A stretch of DNA of 64,000 bases, from positions 10,408-74,407 of the forward strand of contig CAIOLO010000063.1 of assembly GCA_903859155.1 (NCBI GenBank). The letters run 5' to 3'. Both the position numbers and the translations under genes were made by a program. The DNA comes from an uncultured beta proteobacterium (GTDB lineage Bacteria; Pseudomonadota; Gammaproteobacteria; Burkholderiales; SG8-39). Numbering within the stretch: the stretch's first letter is position 1; each line of letters opens with the position of its first letter. The notes under the pieces are model-generated. The model had not been told where the DNA came from, made no database searches, and worked only from the letters and a program-made list of their open reading frames with translations. Below are positions 18,470-28,020 of this stretch, piece by piece.

Positions 18470-20278
18470 CTACTGCGGAATAATCGGCAACAGCAGATGC
18501 GAAGGGTATTTCGCGTTGTGATGGATCTTGTGCACCACGGTCTGTGAGCTGCAAAGGTGATAGGGCGCGTACTCCACGTCGTGCGCGCCGGCCAGGCCCG
18601 AGGGGAAATCCGTCGAGGTGATGTCGATGCAGATGCGGTGTCCCGCCTTGAACATATTGGCCGTCGACAGGATTTCGATGGCGTATTCCTCGACCGCGCC
18701 GGGCTTCACCGGTTTTTGCGCCTTGCGGGTGAGCGGATGCCACGGGCGCCAGGGTTTGGAGCGCTTCGGATCGACGGCGCGGTGCGAGGCCTTCAGCCAG
18801 CCGCGCGTCAGTTCGCGCTCATGCAGGTTGTCGGGAACCGCGGTTTCCCCGGGGCGGGCGGTCTGCACCGAAACATCCGGCCCGACGTCCTTGAGGATGA
18901 CGATCCAGTTGGTGTCGGTCTGGTCGATCGCGGCATACAGCGTGAGCGCAATCGGGCCGATCACCAGCGTGTCCTCGGGCAGCGGCGCGGTCATGTAGCG
19001 CAGGCGCGCAACCGTGTTGGTTTGCGTCGGGGGCATCTGTGCGAAGGTGTCGGGCCGGGCTTTGGCATCGCGCGCGCCGGGCACGAAGGGCTCCGGACGC
19101 AGGCGCTCCCAGCTGTCCAGGTACAGCTTGGTCCATTGTGTCTCGGGCAGCGGCCAGTCGGCGCCGCTGCGCCATTTGTTCTCGCCCATCACCCAGATCT
19201 TCACCGGCGGTTCGTCCATGACGCCGGTGTCCTTGCCCTTCAACCAATGGTCGTACCAGCGCAGGATCTCGTCGTGAAAGGAATGGAACGGCCGCTGCAG
19301 GTGCGCCGGGCCGGTGAACAGCAATTTCTTCGGCACCTTGATGTTCTGGAACCATTGCTGCGAGCCCTGCAGGTGCAGCTTGTAGGTGTAGGCGTACCAG
19401 CCGGCGCCGGTGTAGGCGGGCACCTTGATGCTCTTGAATTTCTTTTCGGTCTGTTCGACGATTTCCTCGGTGTCGTAAGGGTCGATCAGCGTGTTGAACA
19501 GCAACGGCATGGTCTGGCCCTTTTCGACCAGCACGTTGAAAATGTTCGGATACATGAGGTAATCCGGGTTGTTCATCGCCTCTTTCCACTTCTTCTCCAT
19601 GTCCGGCGACAGCTTGCCCGGCTGGCCGCGGTTCAGGTGCACCACGTTGCATGAGTCGAGCAGGAACATCATGGTGTGGATCACCCCGCCAGGATAGAAA
19701 TCGCGGAAGTGCCATTCGCCGTAGGCGCCCATCGAGTCGTAGGGAAAGATCGCCTTCAGGTGCGGGGGATTGAGCGCCGCGGCGGTGAACTGCGCGCCGC
19801 CGAATGCGGAAATGCCGACCATGCCGACATTGCCGTCGCACCAGGGCTGCGCGGCGATCCATTCGATCAGGTCGTAGTAGTCCCAGGTCATGTCGCCGCC
19901 GCCGTCGGACTTGCCTGCACCGCGCATGTTGCCGCACACATGCACGTAGCCGCGCGTCACCAGGTAATCGGTGTCCCCGCCCTCGGCGCCGCCGAACCAC
20001 ATGCGCGACCAGGCCGGCTGCGACCACTGCGCCGCGCGGGCGAACTCGGGCGTCTGGAACTCCTTGTTGTGCGGGGCGATGGCAAGCAGCGCCGGAAATC
20101 TGCCCTTGGTGTCGGGACGGTAGATGTCCACGGCGAGGCGCCTGCCGTCGCGCATCGGCACCATCACGTCGCGCTGTTCGGCGATCTTCTCGCACACCAC
20201 CGGCGCGTTGTAATGCGGCGGCGGATTGTGGGGGTTGGGCAGAGTGAGCGCGCTCGGGTCTTTCTTTTTGGTGGCCAT
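18470..20278 (-). CDS. CocE/NonD-family (X-Pro dipeptidyl-peptidase S15-like) hydrolase
   Basis: ATG at 20278 follows GGAG. VMVPMRDGRRLAVDIYRP...GNMRGAGKSDG is typical CocE/NonD. The stop is directly adjacent to the SulP start (TAG-ATG). Confidence 0.8.
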   Translation of the reverse strand: MATKKKDPSALTLPNPHNPPPHYNAPVVCEKIAEQRDVMVPMRDGRRLAVDIYRPDTKGRFPALLAIAPHNKEFQTPEFARAAQWSQPAWSRMWFGGAEGGDTDYLVTRGYVHVCGNMRGAGKSDGGGDMTWDYYDLIEWIAAQPWCDGNVGMVGISAFGGAQFTAAALNPPHLKAIFPYDSMGAYGEWHFRDFYPGGVIHTMMFLLDSCNVVHLNRGQPGKLSPDMEKKWKEAMNNPDYLMYPNIFNVLVEKGQTMPLLFNTLIDPYDTEEIVEQTEKKFKSIKVPAYTGAGWYAYTYKLHLQGSQQWFQNIKVPKKLLFTGPAHLQRPFHSFHDEILRWYDHWLKGKDTGVMDEPPVKIWVMGENKWRSGADWPLPETQWTKLYLDSWERLRPEPFVPGARDAKARPDTFAQMPPTQTNTVARLRYMTAPLPEDTLVIGPIALTLYAAIDQTDTNWIVILKDVGPDVSVQTARPGETAVPDNLHERELTRGWLKASHRAVDPKRSKPWRPWHPLTRKAQKPVKPGAVEEYAIEILSTANMFKAGHRICIDITSTDFPSGLAGAHDVEYAPYHLCSSQTVVHKIHHNAKYPSHLLLPIIPQ

Positions 20279-20449
20279 GTTCTGCTCCGGGATCGGTGGT
20301 GGAAGATGAATCGTCGCAGCCAAAATCTACACGCTTGGCCGGTGGAATCCAAGCGGCGGAATCCGGGTGCAGGTGCCGGCGAAGGGCAAGCGGCTGCTCA
20401 ATGCGATAATCGGGCGCGCTGCCATCCTTCATTCCGACCAGGGGCGACC

Positions 20450-21193
20450 ATGCCATCGGCGTTGCTGCGCGCGTTCATTTCGCTGTTGCATCCCAAAATG
20501 CTGTTGTTGATGGTCTGGCCGATGGTGGTCGCGGTGCTGCTGTGGCTCGCGCTTGCGGTGGCCTTCTGGAGCCGGGCCGCGCACTGGGTCGACCTGCAGT
20601 TTCAGGCAACCGATACGGTGCAATGGATGTTCACAGTCTGGCCGCTCGCGCTGCTGGCCACGCATCTCGCCTGGATCGTGCTCGTGATTGCCCTGGTGCC
20701 GCTGATCCTGGTTACTGCGGTGTTGATCATCGGTGTTTTTTCGATGCCGGCGATGGTGATGCATGTCTCGGCCAGCAACTACCCGGCGCTCGCCAGGCGT
20801 GCCGGAGGGAGCTTTGCGGGCAGCAGCTGGAATGCGCTGGTTGCCATCGTGGTATTTGTGTTGCTTGCCGCCGCGACGCTGCCCTTGTGGCTGGTGCCGC
20901 CGTTCTGGCCGCTGTTGCCGGTCCTGTTGTTTGCCTACCTGAACCAGCGCGTGTTCCGCTACGACGCGCTCGCCGAGCACGCCAGCCCCGAGGAAATCAG
21001 CGAGATCGTCAGCCGCCATCGTGGCGAGTTGTTCGGCCTGGGCGTGGTGGTGGCCGTGTTCGGCCATATTCCGATCCTGGGATTTTTCGTGCCGGTCTAC
21101 GGCGGGCTCGTCTATATTCATTTTTGCCTGGAGCGGCTGCAGGCGCTGCGTGCTGCGCCGCTGCAAGCGACGGCCCGCGTCGTCAATGAGTAA
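20450..21193 (+). CDS. EI24/CysZ-like integral membrane protein
   Basis: 247 aa with several TM helices. The C-terminal half resembles the EI24/CysZ family. Divergent from the hydrolase-SulP pair. Confidence 0.65.
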   Translation: MPSALLRAFISLLHPKMLLLMVWPMVVAVLLWLALAVAFWSRAAHWVDLQFQATDTVQWMFTVWPLALLATHLAWIVLVIALVPLILVTAVLIIGVFSMPAMVMHVSASNYPALARRAGGSFAGSSWNALVAIVVFVLLAAATLPLWLVPPFWPLLPVLLFAYLNQRVFRYDALAEHASPEEISEIVSRHRGELFGLGVVVAVFGHIPILGFFVPVYGGLVYIHFCLERLQALRAAPLQATARVVNE

Positions 21194-21413
21194 GGCATTG
21201 ACACCCGGGCGCGAAGCGGTCGGGTATGTCGCCATTTCATGAGGGGGTTGCGCCGGGGTTCCCCGGAATCCCGGGCGATCCGTTGTTTCGGGCAGAATCG
21301 CATCGTGCCTGTGCCGGGTGTCTTCGATAGTTCAGCGGCTCCTCAACGAATTCGCATAAGTCACGGATTTCTGAGATAATTTTCCTCCCTTGCTGACTCA
21401 AAAGGCACCCCGG

Positions 21414-23528
21414 GTGTCTTTCTTCAACCTCTACCAGCACAACTTCATCCGTGTCGCCATTGCGGTGCCGCAGGTGCGCGTGGCCGACCCGGCCTATAAC
21501 GCCGCGCGCACGCTGGAGTTGATGAAGCAGGCCGCCGCCAGCCGCAGCGCGCTGGTGCTGTTTCCCGAATTGGGCTTGACCGCCTATTCCTGCGAAGACC
21601 TGTTCCACCAGCAGGCTTTGCTCGATGGCGCTCTGGGTGCATTGGAGCAGGTGCGCAAGGCTTCGGAAAACCTGTTTTCGGTGACGGTGGTCGGCCTGCC
21701 CCTGCGCGTCGACGGATTGCTCTACAACTGCGCGGCGGTGGTGCATCAGGGGCGCATTCTCGGCGTGGTGCCCAAGATCTACCTGCCAGGCTATCGTGAG
21801 TTCTACGAACTGCGCCATTTCGCGCGCGGCGACGTGGCTCTGGCCGAGGAAATTCTGCTCGGCGGCGAGCGCGTGCCTTTTGGCGCGCGGCTGGTGTTCC
21901 GGGCATCCGATCAGCCCTTGTTCGCGTTTGCCGCGGAGCTCTGCGAAGACCTGTGGACGCCGATCCCGCCCAGTTCCTTTGCCGCGCTGGCCGGGGCGAC
22001 CGTGCTGCTCAATCTGTCCGCCTCGAACATCACCATCGGCAAGGACCGGTACCGCACCGACCTGGTGGCCAACCAGTCCGGGCGCTGCCTGGCCGCCTAT
22101 CTGTACAGCGCGGCCGGCTATGGCGAATCGACCACCGACATGGCCTGGGACGGCCACGGCATGATCTACGAAAATGGCGTGCCGCTGGCGAAAACCGAGC
22201 GCTATGCCTACCGCTCGCAACTGGTGTGCGCGGAGGTCGATCTGGATCGCATTGCGCAGGACCGGCTGCGCCAGACCAGCTTTGGCCAGGCGGTGGACCG
22301 GCATCGCGACGAGGTCGCGCGCTTTCGCTCGGTGAGCTTCCGACTGGACGCGCCGGTCGAGGGCGTGCTGCCGCTCCAGCGGCAATACGAGCGCTTCCCC
22401 TATGTGCCGGCGGATCCGGCCACGCGCGATGCGCGCTGCCGCGAGGTGTATGAAATCCAGGTGCAGGGCCTGGTGAAACGGCTGCGCTCGATAGGCGCGA
22501 GCAAGGTGGTGATCGGGGTCTCGGGCGGCCTGGATTCGACCCAGGCGCTGCTGGTGTGCGCGCGCGCCATGGACGTGATGGGCCTGCCGCGCAAGAATAT
22601 TCTTGCCTACACCATGCCCGGTTTCGCCACCGGCGAGCGCACGCTGCGCCAGGCGCGGCAACTGATGCAGGGCATAGGCGCGAGCGCCGCGGAGATCGAC
22701 ATCCGTCCGTCCTGCATGCAGATGCTCAAGGACATAGGGCATCCCTATGCGCAGGGAAAAAAGGTCTTCGACATCACCTTCGAGAATGTGCAGGCTGGCG
22801 AACGCACCAGCCATCTTTTCCGGATTGCCAATTTACACAACGCGCCGGTGGTTGGCACCGGCGACCTGTCGGAACTTGCGCTGGGCTGGTCCACCTATGG
22901 CGTGGGCGATCAGATGGCGCATTACGCGGTCAACGCAAGCGTGCCCAAGACGCTGATCCGCTTTCTGATCAGGCACTCGGCGCGCACCAACGCCTTCGGG
23001 CGCGAGGTCAGCCGCACGCTGGAGGCGGTGGCTGATACCGCCATCAGCCCCGAGTTGGTCCCCGGCAGCCGCAAGGGCCAGCCGGCGCAGGAGAGCGAGG
23101 ATTTTGTGGGGCCGTATGAACTGCAGGATTTTCACCTCTATTACATCCTGCGCTTTGGCTACCTGCCGCAAAAGGTGGCGTTCCTCGCCTGGAATGCGTG
23201 GCGCGACCGCAGCGTCGGCAACTGGCCGGAAACGCCGGAGGATGCGCAACGGGAATACGGCATCGGCGAGGTTCGCAAGTGGCTGGGGGTCTTTCTGAAA
23301 CGCTTCTTCCAGTCGAGCCAGTACAAGCGCAGCGCCATGCCCAACGGCCCCAAGGTGGGGTCGGGCGGTTCGCTCTCGCCGCGCAGCGATTACCGCGCGC
23401 CAAGCGACAGCGAGGCGACAGTGTGGCTGGCGGACCTGGAGAACATCCCTTCGCAGCAGCCCGCGGTCAAGGGGTTGCCCAGGCGCAAGCCCGTCGCCCG
23501 GTCCACGCGTGCACCATCCAGGCATTGA
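21414..23528 (+). CDS. nadE: Glutamine-dependent NAD+ synthetase (long form, nitrilase-like plus synthetase domains)
   Basis: Collinear with long NadE as remembered ([53 protein letters not shown]). The GTG at 21414 fits the family N-terminus better than the TTG at 21390. Confidence 0.9.
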   Translation: MSFFNLYQHNFIRVAIAVPQVRVADPAYNAARTLELMKQAAASRSALVLFPELGLTAYSCEDLFHQQALLDGALGALEQVRKASENLFSVTVVGLPLRVDGLLYNCAAVVHQGRILGVVPKIYLPGYREFYELRHFARGDVALAEEILLGGERVPFGARLVFRASDQPLFAFAAELCEDLWTPIPPSSFAALAGATVLLNLSASNITIGKDRYRTDLVANQSGRCLAAYLYSAAGYGESTTDMAWDGHGMIYENGVPLAKTERYAYRSQLVCAEVDLDRIAQDRLRQTSFGQAVDRHRDEVARFRSVSFRLDAPVEGVLPLQRQYERFPYVPADPATRDARCREVYEIQVQGLVKRLRSIGASKVVIGVSGGLDSTQALLVCARAMDVMGLPRKNILAYTMPGFATGERTLRQARQLMQGIGASAAEIDIRPSCMQMLKDIGHPYAQGKKVFDITFENVQAGERTSHLFRIANLHNAPVVGTGDLSELALGWSTYGVGDQMAHYAVNASVPKTLIRFLIRHSARTNAFGREVSRTLEAVADTAISPELVPGSRKGQPAQESEDFVGPYELQDFHLYYILRFGYLPQKVAFLAWNAWRDRSVGNWPETPEDAQREYGIGEVRKWLGVFLKRFFQSSQYKRSAMPNGPKVGSGGSLSPRSDYRAPSDSEATVWLADLENIPSQQPAVKGLPRRKPVARSTRAPSRH

Positions 23529-23537
23529 AGAGGACCC

Positions 23538-24299
23538 ATGAATTTCGGCGCAATCATCATCGGTGATGAAATCATCCGCGGCAAACGCCAGGACAAGCAT
23601 TTCGCCAAGACCGTGGAGATTCTTGCCGCGCGCGGCTTGAAGCTTCTGTGGGCGCAATATCTGGCGGACGATCGCGGCATCATTACGGCGACGCTGGAAC
23701 GCACCCTGAAGACCGATGACATCGTGTTCAGCTTCGGCGGCATCGGCGCGACACCGGATGACCACACGCGCCAGTGCGCTGCCGCCGCCGCCGGCACGCA
23801 GCTTTGCCTGCACCCTGAAGCAGAAGCCGAAATACGCGCGCGCTTCGGCGGCGAACTCACGCCGTTGCGATTGCAGATGGGCGAGTTCCCGCGCGGGTCG
23901 TCGATCATTCCCAATCCCTACAACCGCATTCCGGGTTTTACCATCGGGCAACACCATTTCGTGCCGGGGTTTCCGGTGATGGCGTGGCCGATGGTGGAGT
24001 GGGTGCTGGATACGAAATACCGGCACCTGTTTCACCAGGTGCAGGAGTCCGAGGCGTCGATCACGGTCTATGGATTGCCCGAAAGCGGCGTCACACCGCT
24101 GATGACCGATGCCGAGGCGCGCTACAAACGGCTCAAGAGTTTCAGCCTGCCCAGCGTGGGCGAGGATGGCACGCGCCGGCACATCGAACTCGGCGTGCGC
24201 GGTTTTCCCGAAGAGGTCGCGCTGGCCATCGAGGACATGAAAAAAGGCGTCATCGATTTGGGCGGTACCTGGGAAGCGGGACCGGCGACGAAGACCTGA
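23538..24299 (+). CDS. CinA-like/MoCF-biosynthesis (molybdopterin-binding) domain protein
   Basis: MNFGAIIIGDEIIRGKRQDKH...FSFGGIGATPDD is typical of the MoaB/MogA/CinA N-terminal domain. Confidence 0.75.
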   Translation: MNFGAIIIGDEIIRGKRQDKHFAKTVEILAARGLKLLWAQYLADDRGIITATLERTLKTDDIVFSFGGIGATPDDHTRQCAAAAAGTQLCLHPEAEAEIRARFGGELTPLRLQMGEFPRGSSIIPNPYNRIPGFTIGQHHFVPGFPVMAWPMVEWVLDTKYRHLFHQVQESEASITVYGLPESGVTPLMTDAEARYKRLKSFSLPSVGEDGTRRHIELGVRGFPEEVALAIEDMKKGVIDLGGTWEAGPATKT

Positions 24300-24310
24300 G
24301 AGACGCGTTG

Positions 24311-24469
24311 CGCTCAGCGCGATCCCCACGACGAAGACAAAGGGCTGTGGACGGGGCCCATCGCGCTCAGCGCGATCTACACCACAAAGACAAAGGGCTG
24401 TGGACGGGGCCCATCGCGCTCAGCGCGATCTACACCACAAAGACAAAGGGCCCCTGACGGGGCCCTTTG
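24311..24469. repeat. Tandem repeat, 53-bp unit x3, non-coding
   Basis: Units at 24311, 24364 and 24417. Unit 1 differs from unit 2 at 4 positions. Units 2 and 3 are identical over the first 35 nt. Each unit carries CGCGC-tca-GCGCG. Confidence 0.9.
24445..24468. terminator. Bidirectional terminator hairpin formed by the last repeat unit
   Basis: AAAGGGCCCC-tgac-GGGGCCCTTT lies between the convergent cinA-like and phasin genes. Confidence 0.7.
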
Positions 24470-24531
24470 CTCGCAACAGCCAGAAGGAGGAGGAGGAGGC
24501 TGGCGGCTGCGAAAGCGCTTGCTACTTTTAC

Positions 24532-25074
24532 TTACTTAGCCTTGCGCTTGACCGTTGCAACTTTCGCTGCATTGGATGCGGCAGCGAAATTGGCGTCGGC
24601 GATATCGGTCGCTTGCTTGGCGGCCTTGGTAAAACTGTCGTAGGCGGTGTTGGCGGCGGACATCGCCGATTTCACCGCGGCCAGGGCGACATCGGAACCG
24701 GCCGGGGCATTCCTGGAAATTTTGTCCAGCATGCCGACCATGCTCTTGTTGATTTCCGCAGCTTGCGCTTCAAAAACCTTGGTGAATTCGCCCTGCGTCT
24801 TGGTCGAGACCTCGTACACGCTGCGGGAGAATTCCAGGGCCTTGTCCAGCGAGGGCTGGGCGACCGCGGCGTTCAGATTCACGACTTCCTGGACATCCTT
24901 GGCGCCGAGCAGCGAGCGGGTGAATCCGACACTGTCTTCGAATGCGGCTTTGCTGGCGTTAAGGCTGAGTGCGGTCATACGCTCCAATGCGGAGAACTGG
25001 GTGGCGGCGAGTCCGACTAAGGCTTCGACGCTTGCCTTCCCTGCGGCACTGAACTGATCTGGTGTTGCGTACAT
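24532..25074 (-). CDS. phaP: Phasin (PHA granule-associated protein)
   Basis: 180 aa, Ala/Lys-rich and helical. QFSAAGKASVEALVGLAATQFSALERMTALSLNASKAAFED is a typical phasin N-terminus. Confidence 0.8.
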   Translation of the reverse strand: MYATPDQFSAAGKASVEALVGLAATQFSALERMTALSLNASKAAFEDSVGFTRSLLGAKDVQEVVNLNAAVAQPSLDKALEFSRSVYEVSTKTQGEFTKVFEAQAAEINKSMVGMLDKISRNAPAGSDVALAAVKSAMSAANTAYDSFTKAAKQATDIADANFAAASNAAKVATVKRKAK

Positions 25075-25145
25075 TGTGTTGCTCCTTGTATCCGGTTTTG
25101 GCTACATATCGGCAGCGGTTACTTCCTTCGCTACCGATTGGTATA

Positions 25146-25426
25146 TTGCATTGCACAAACCAAATTCTACCGGATATTGGGGCCATGTCAACACTTTTTT
25201 ATTGCAATGCAACATAAAAAGCGTATATAAATAATACGCTTTAGAAACAATTAGTTGCAATTTTGTAAATGCAAGCACACACCAACATAATACAATCTTC
25301 TGGTTCATATTCTCCTATGAGGCAGCATCAGGTAATAAAAATTGCCCTTGCGTGTGCCAGCCTGGATAAATGCTGTTTATGCGGTGTTGCAACAATAAAT
25401 ATTCCGTTGTTGATATTGCAATGCAA
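25146..25426. promoter_or_regulatory. Cluster of TTGCA-N-TGCAA palindromes in the AT-rich phasin upstream region (candidate PhaR-type operators)
   Basis: TTGCATTGCAc at 25146-25156. TTGCAATGCAA at 25202-25212 and 25416-25426. TTGCA..N10..TGCAA at 25255-25274. TTGCAAC at 25387-25393. Confidence 0.5.
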
Positions 25427-25440
25427 CCAAGCCACGGCCA

Positions 25441-25908
25441 TCACTGAATCTCAAATATGGCATCAACTTCGACCGGCACGTCGCGCGGTAGCGCCGCGTT
25501 GCCCACGGCGGCACGCGCGTGCCGTCCCGCGTCGCCGAAGACCTCCACCATCAGGTCCGACGCGCCGTTGGCCACCTGCGGTTGCTGGCCGAAATCCGCG
25601 GTTGAATTGACGTAGCAGGTCAGGCGCACGCAGCGCACCACGCGTTCAAGGTTGCCATCGAGCGCATTGCGCACCTGAGAAAGGATGTTGATGGCGCAAA
25701 GGCGCGCCGCCTCCTGCCCCTGTTCGATGGTGACGCCGCCGCCCAGTTTGCCGGTGTGCAGGTCCTTGCCATCGCGTGTGGGCACCTGGCCGGCGATGAA
25801 CAGCAGGTTGCCGCTGCGCACCCAGGGCACATAGTTTGCGGCCGGCGGTATGTTTGCCGGCAGGACTATGCCCAGTTTTTCGAGACGCGCGTCGACGGTT
25901 CCCGCCAT
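25441..25908 (-). CDS. RidA/YjgF-family protein
   Basis: Start MAGTVD. The fold-typical C-terminus is RAAVGNAALPRDVPVEVDAIFEI. Confidence 0.8.
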   Translation of the reverse strand: MAGTVDARLEKLGIVLPANIPPAANYVPWVRSGNLLFIAGQVPTRDGKDLHTGKLGGGVTIEQGQEAARLCAINILSQVRNALDGNLERVVRCVRLTCYVNSTADFGQQPQVANGASDLMVEVFGDAGRHARAAVGNAALPRDVPVEVDAIFEIQ

Positions 25909-26058
25909 GGTGAAACTCCACTGAAAAAGTAAAGGCAGCATTCTCTCGTGTTCCCGGCGGCTCGGCTACACTGGCGACCGCGAACCCAGAATCGCCGCGC
26001 CATTCGCCGCTGTAATTGCGCGGCGATCCCGAGCAGCTTTAGACAAGAAAATCTCTGA

Positions 26059-26967
26059 ATGAAATCCCAGCATTCGATTTCCGCCACCGTTTACTGGCTG
26101 GTGATAGCGCTCGCCGTTCTCTGGGGCGTGTCCTGGCCGTTGATGAAACTGGCATTGGTGGAGATGCCGCCGCTGCGCTTTCGCGTCTTCTGTGTCGGTG
26201 TGGGTGGTTTCGGCCTGCTCGGCGTGTGCTGGGCGATGGGTGCGCCGCTTTGGGTGTCGCGCCAGGCGTTTCTGAAGATTGCCGCGGTGGCCTTATTCAG
26301 CGCAACCGGCTGGGGCCTGTGCATGTCCTACGGCCTGCGCATGATGGAATCGAGCCGCGCGGTCATCATTGCCTACATGTTTCCGGTCTGGAGCGTGCCG
26401 CTATCGGCCTGGCTGCTGCGTGAACCGCTCACCCCCCGGCGCATTCTCGGGCTGATCGCCGGACTGGTGGGCCTTGCGCTGCTGATGGGCGACGAGATCT
26501 ACGCCGTGGGCCGCTCGCCGCTGGGGGCGCTGCTGATGTTCGGCGCTGCGACCTGCTGGGCGGTGGCCACCATCCTGGCCAAAAAGTGGTCGGTGCAGGT
26601 ACCGTCGAGCACCTTCGCGGCATGGATAAACCTGTGCGCGCTGGTGGTGTTGTTGCCGCTGTCGGCATGGCTGGAAGAAGGGCCCTATCTTCCCTTCGCG
26701 ATGTCCAGCGGGCCGATGTTCGGCGCAATCTATGCGGCGATCGTCGCCACACTCGTCTGCCAGTGGATCTGGTTCCGGCTGGTGGCGGTCACCACCGCCT
26801 CGGTGGCCTCGATCTCAATCCTGTCGGTGCCGATTGTCGGCGTGTTCTCAGGGCTCATTCTTCTTGGCGAACAACCCAAACTTACCGATATTCTGGCGCT
26901 GCTGCTGGTGGTGGCGGCGCTCGCCAGCGTGATGTTCCCCGGCAATTCTGCCGCGGCGAAATCCTGA
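26059..26967 (+). CDS. EamA/DMT-family transporter
   Basis: 302 aa with about 10 TM helices and the WGVSWPLMK motif. Confidence 0.8.
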   Translation: MKSQHSISATVYWLVIALAVLWGVSWPLMKLALVEMPPLRFRVFCVGVGGFGLLGVCWAMGAPLWVSRQAFLKIAAVALFSATGWGLCMSYGLRMMESSRAVIIAYMFPVWSVPLSAWLLREPLTPRRILGLIAGLVGLALLMGDEIYAVGRSPLGALLMFGAATCWAVATILAKKWSVQVPSSTFAAWINLCALVVLLPLSAWLEEGPYLPFAMSSGPMFGAIYAAIVATLVCQWIWFRLVAVTTASVASISILSVPIVGVFSGLILLGEQPKLTDILALLLVVAALASVMFPGNSAAAKS

Positions 26968-26980
26968 GGGCAAGGGCAGC

Positions 26981-27940
26981 ATGAAATCCGCATCAACCCC
27001 GGAACCGATTGCCGCGCCCGAGGCCGCCGCAACCCCCGCCATTCCGGCATCGGTGTACTGGATGCTGGCGCTGACCGCAATGATCTGGGGCCTTTCCTGG
27101 CCGCTGATGAAACTTGCGCTGTCGGAATTGAAGCCGCTGCACTTCCGCTCGTTCTCGATGTTCGGCGCCATGAGCGGCCTGTTCCTGATCGCCTGGATCA
27201 GCGGGGCGCGTTTGCGCCTGTCGGCAAAAATTTTGCCGCGCATGGCGGCGCTCGCCTTTTTCAACATCGCAGGCTGGAGCGTGCTGATGATCACCGGCCT
27301 GCATCTGCTGCCCGCCGGCCGCGCCACGATTCTTGCTTACACCTTTCCGTTGTGGACCGTGCCCCTGTCGGTCTGGCTGCTGGGCGAGGTCATCACGCGG
27401 CGGAAAATATGCGGACTGGTGCTGGGCCTTTGCGGCATGGCCCTGCTGCTCGGGGACGAACTATTCACCATCGGACGCTCGCCCCTGGGGGCGCTGCTGC
27501 TGATCGGTTCGGCCATGTTCTGGGCGATCGGCACGGTACTGATGAAGCGCTGGCCGGTGGACCTCCCGGTGGTGTCCTTCACCGCATGGCAGACCCTGCT
27601 GTCCTTTCCGTTCATTTTCCTGCTGGCACTGTGGTTTGAGGACGGAGTCTTTCATCCCTTCGGGCAGCGCCTGCCGGTGATATTCGCGGCGCTCTACAGC
27701 GCATTCGTCGCGGGCATCTTCGCCCAATGGATGTGGTACCGCATCGTTACGCTGATTTCGGCCGCGGTTTCCTCGATTGCCATCACCTTGGTGCCGGTGA
27801 TGGGCGTCTTCTTCGGCGCGCTGATCCTGGGCGAGCAACCGAGGTTCACCGATTACGCGGCGCTGGTGCTGGTAGTGGGTTCCCTGGCATTCATCCTGAT
27901 GCCGCCGCTGCCGAGGCTGTTTCGCAAAAGAAGGCATTAG
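26981..27940 (+). CDS. EamA/DMT-family transporter (tandem paralogue)
   Basis: 319 aa, collinear with the preceding gene (WGLSWPLMKLAL, GRSPLGALL, ILGEQP shared). Confidence 0.8.
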   Translation: MKSASTPEPIAAPEAAATPAIPASVYWMLALTAMIWGLSWPLMKLALSELKPLHFRSFSMFGAMSGLFLIAWISGARLRLSAKILPRMAALAFFNIAGWSVLMITGLHLLPAGRATILAYTFPLWTVPLSVWLLGEVITRRKICGLVLGLCGMALLLGDELFTIGRSPLGALLLIGSAMFWAIGTVLMKRWPVDLPVVSFTAWQTLLSFPFIFLLALWFEDGVFHPFGQRLPVIFAALYSAFVAGIFAQWMWYRIVTLISAAVSSIAITLVPVMGVFFGALILGEQPRFTDYAALVLVVGSLAFILMPPLPRLFRKRRH

Positions 27941-28020
27941 CCCTGCGCGCCCGGGCCGGTGGCGGCCGCGGCGATTTCGTCGCACAATCCTGCCCAATTC
28001 AAACTGAGGAGGAGTCCCCC

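Noticed and set aside
24311-24469. The tandem repeats as a possible small CRISPR array.
   Set aside because: The units are directly adjacent (53-bp period) with no unique spacers, and no cas genes are nearby. It is a simple tandem repeat.
27727-28020. N-terminal extensions of real genes in the ORF track. Examples are TctC from 27727, TctA from 29353, CysA from 6314, EI24 from 19676, GluQRS to 39217 and OsmC to 14209.
   Set aside because: The extensions overlap upstream genes or have non-protein-like composition. Internal ATGs with good RBSs coincide with the family-typical N-termini.
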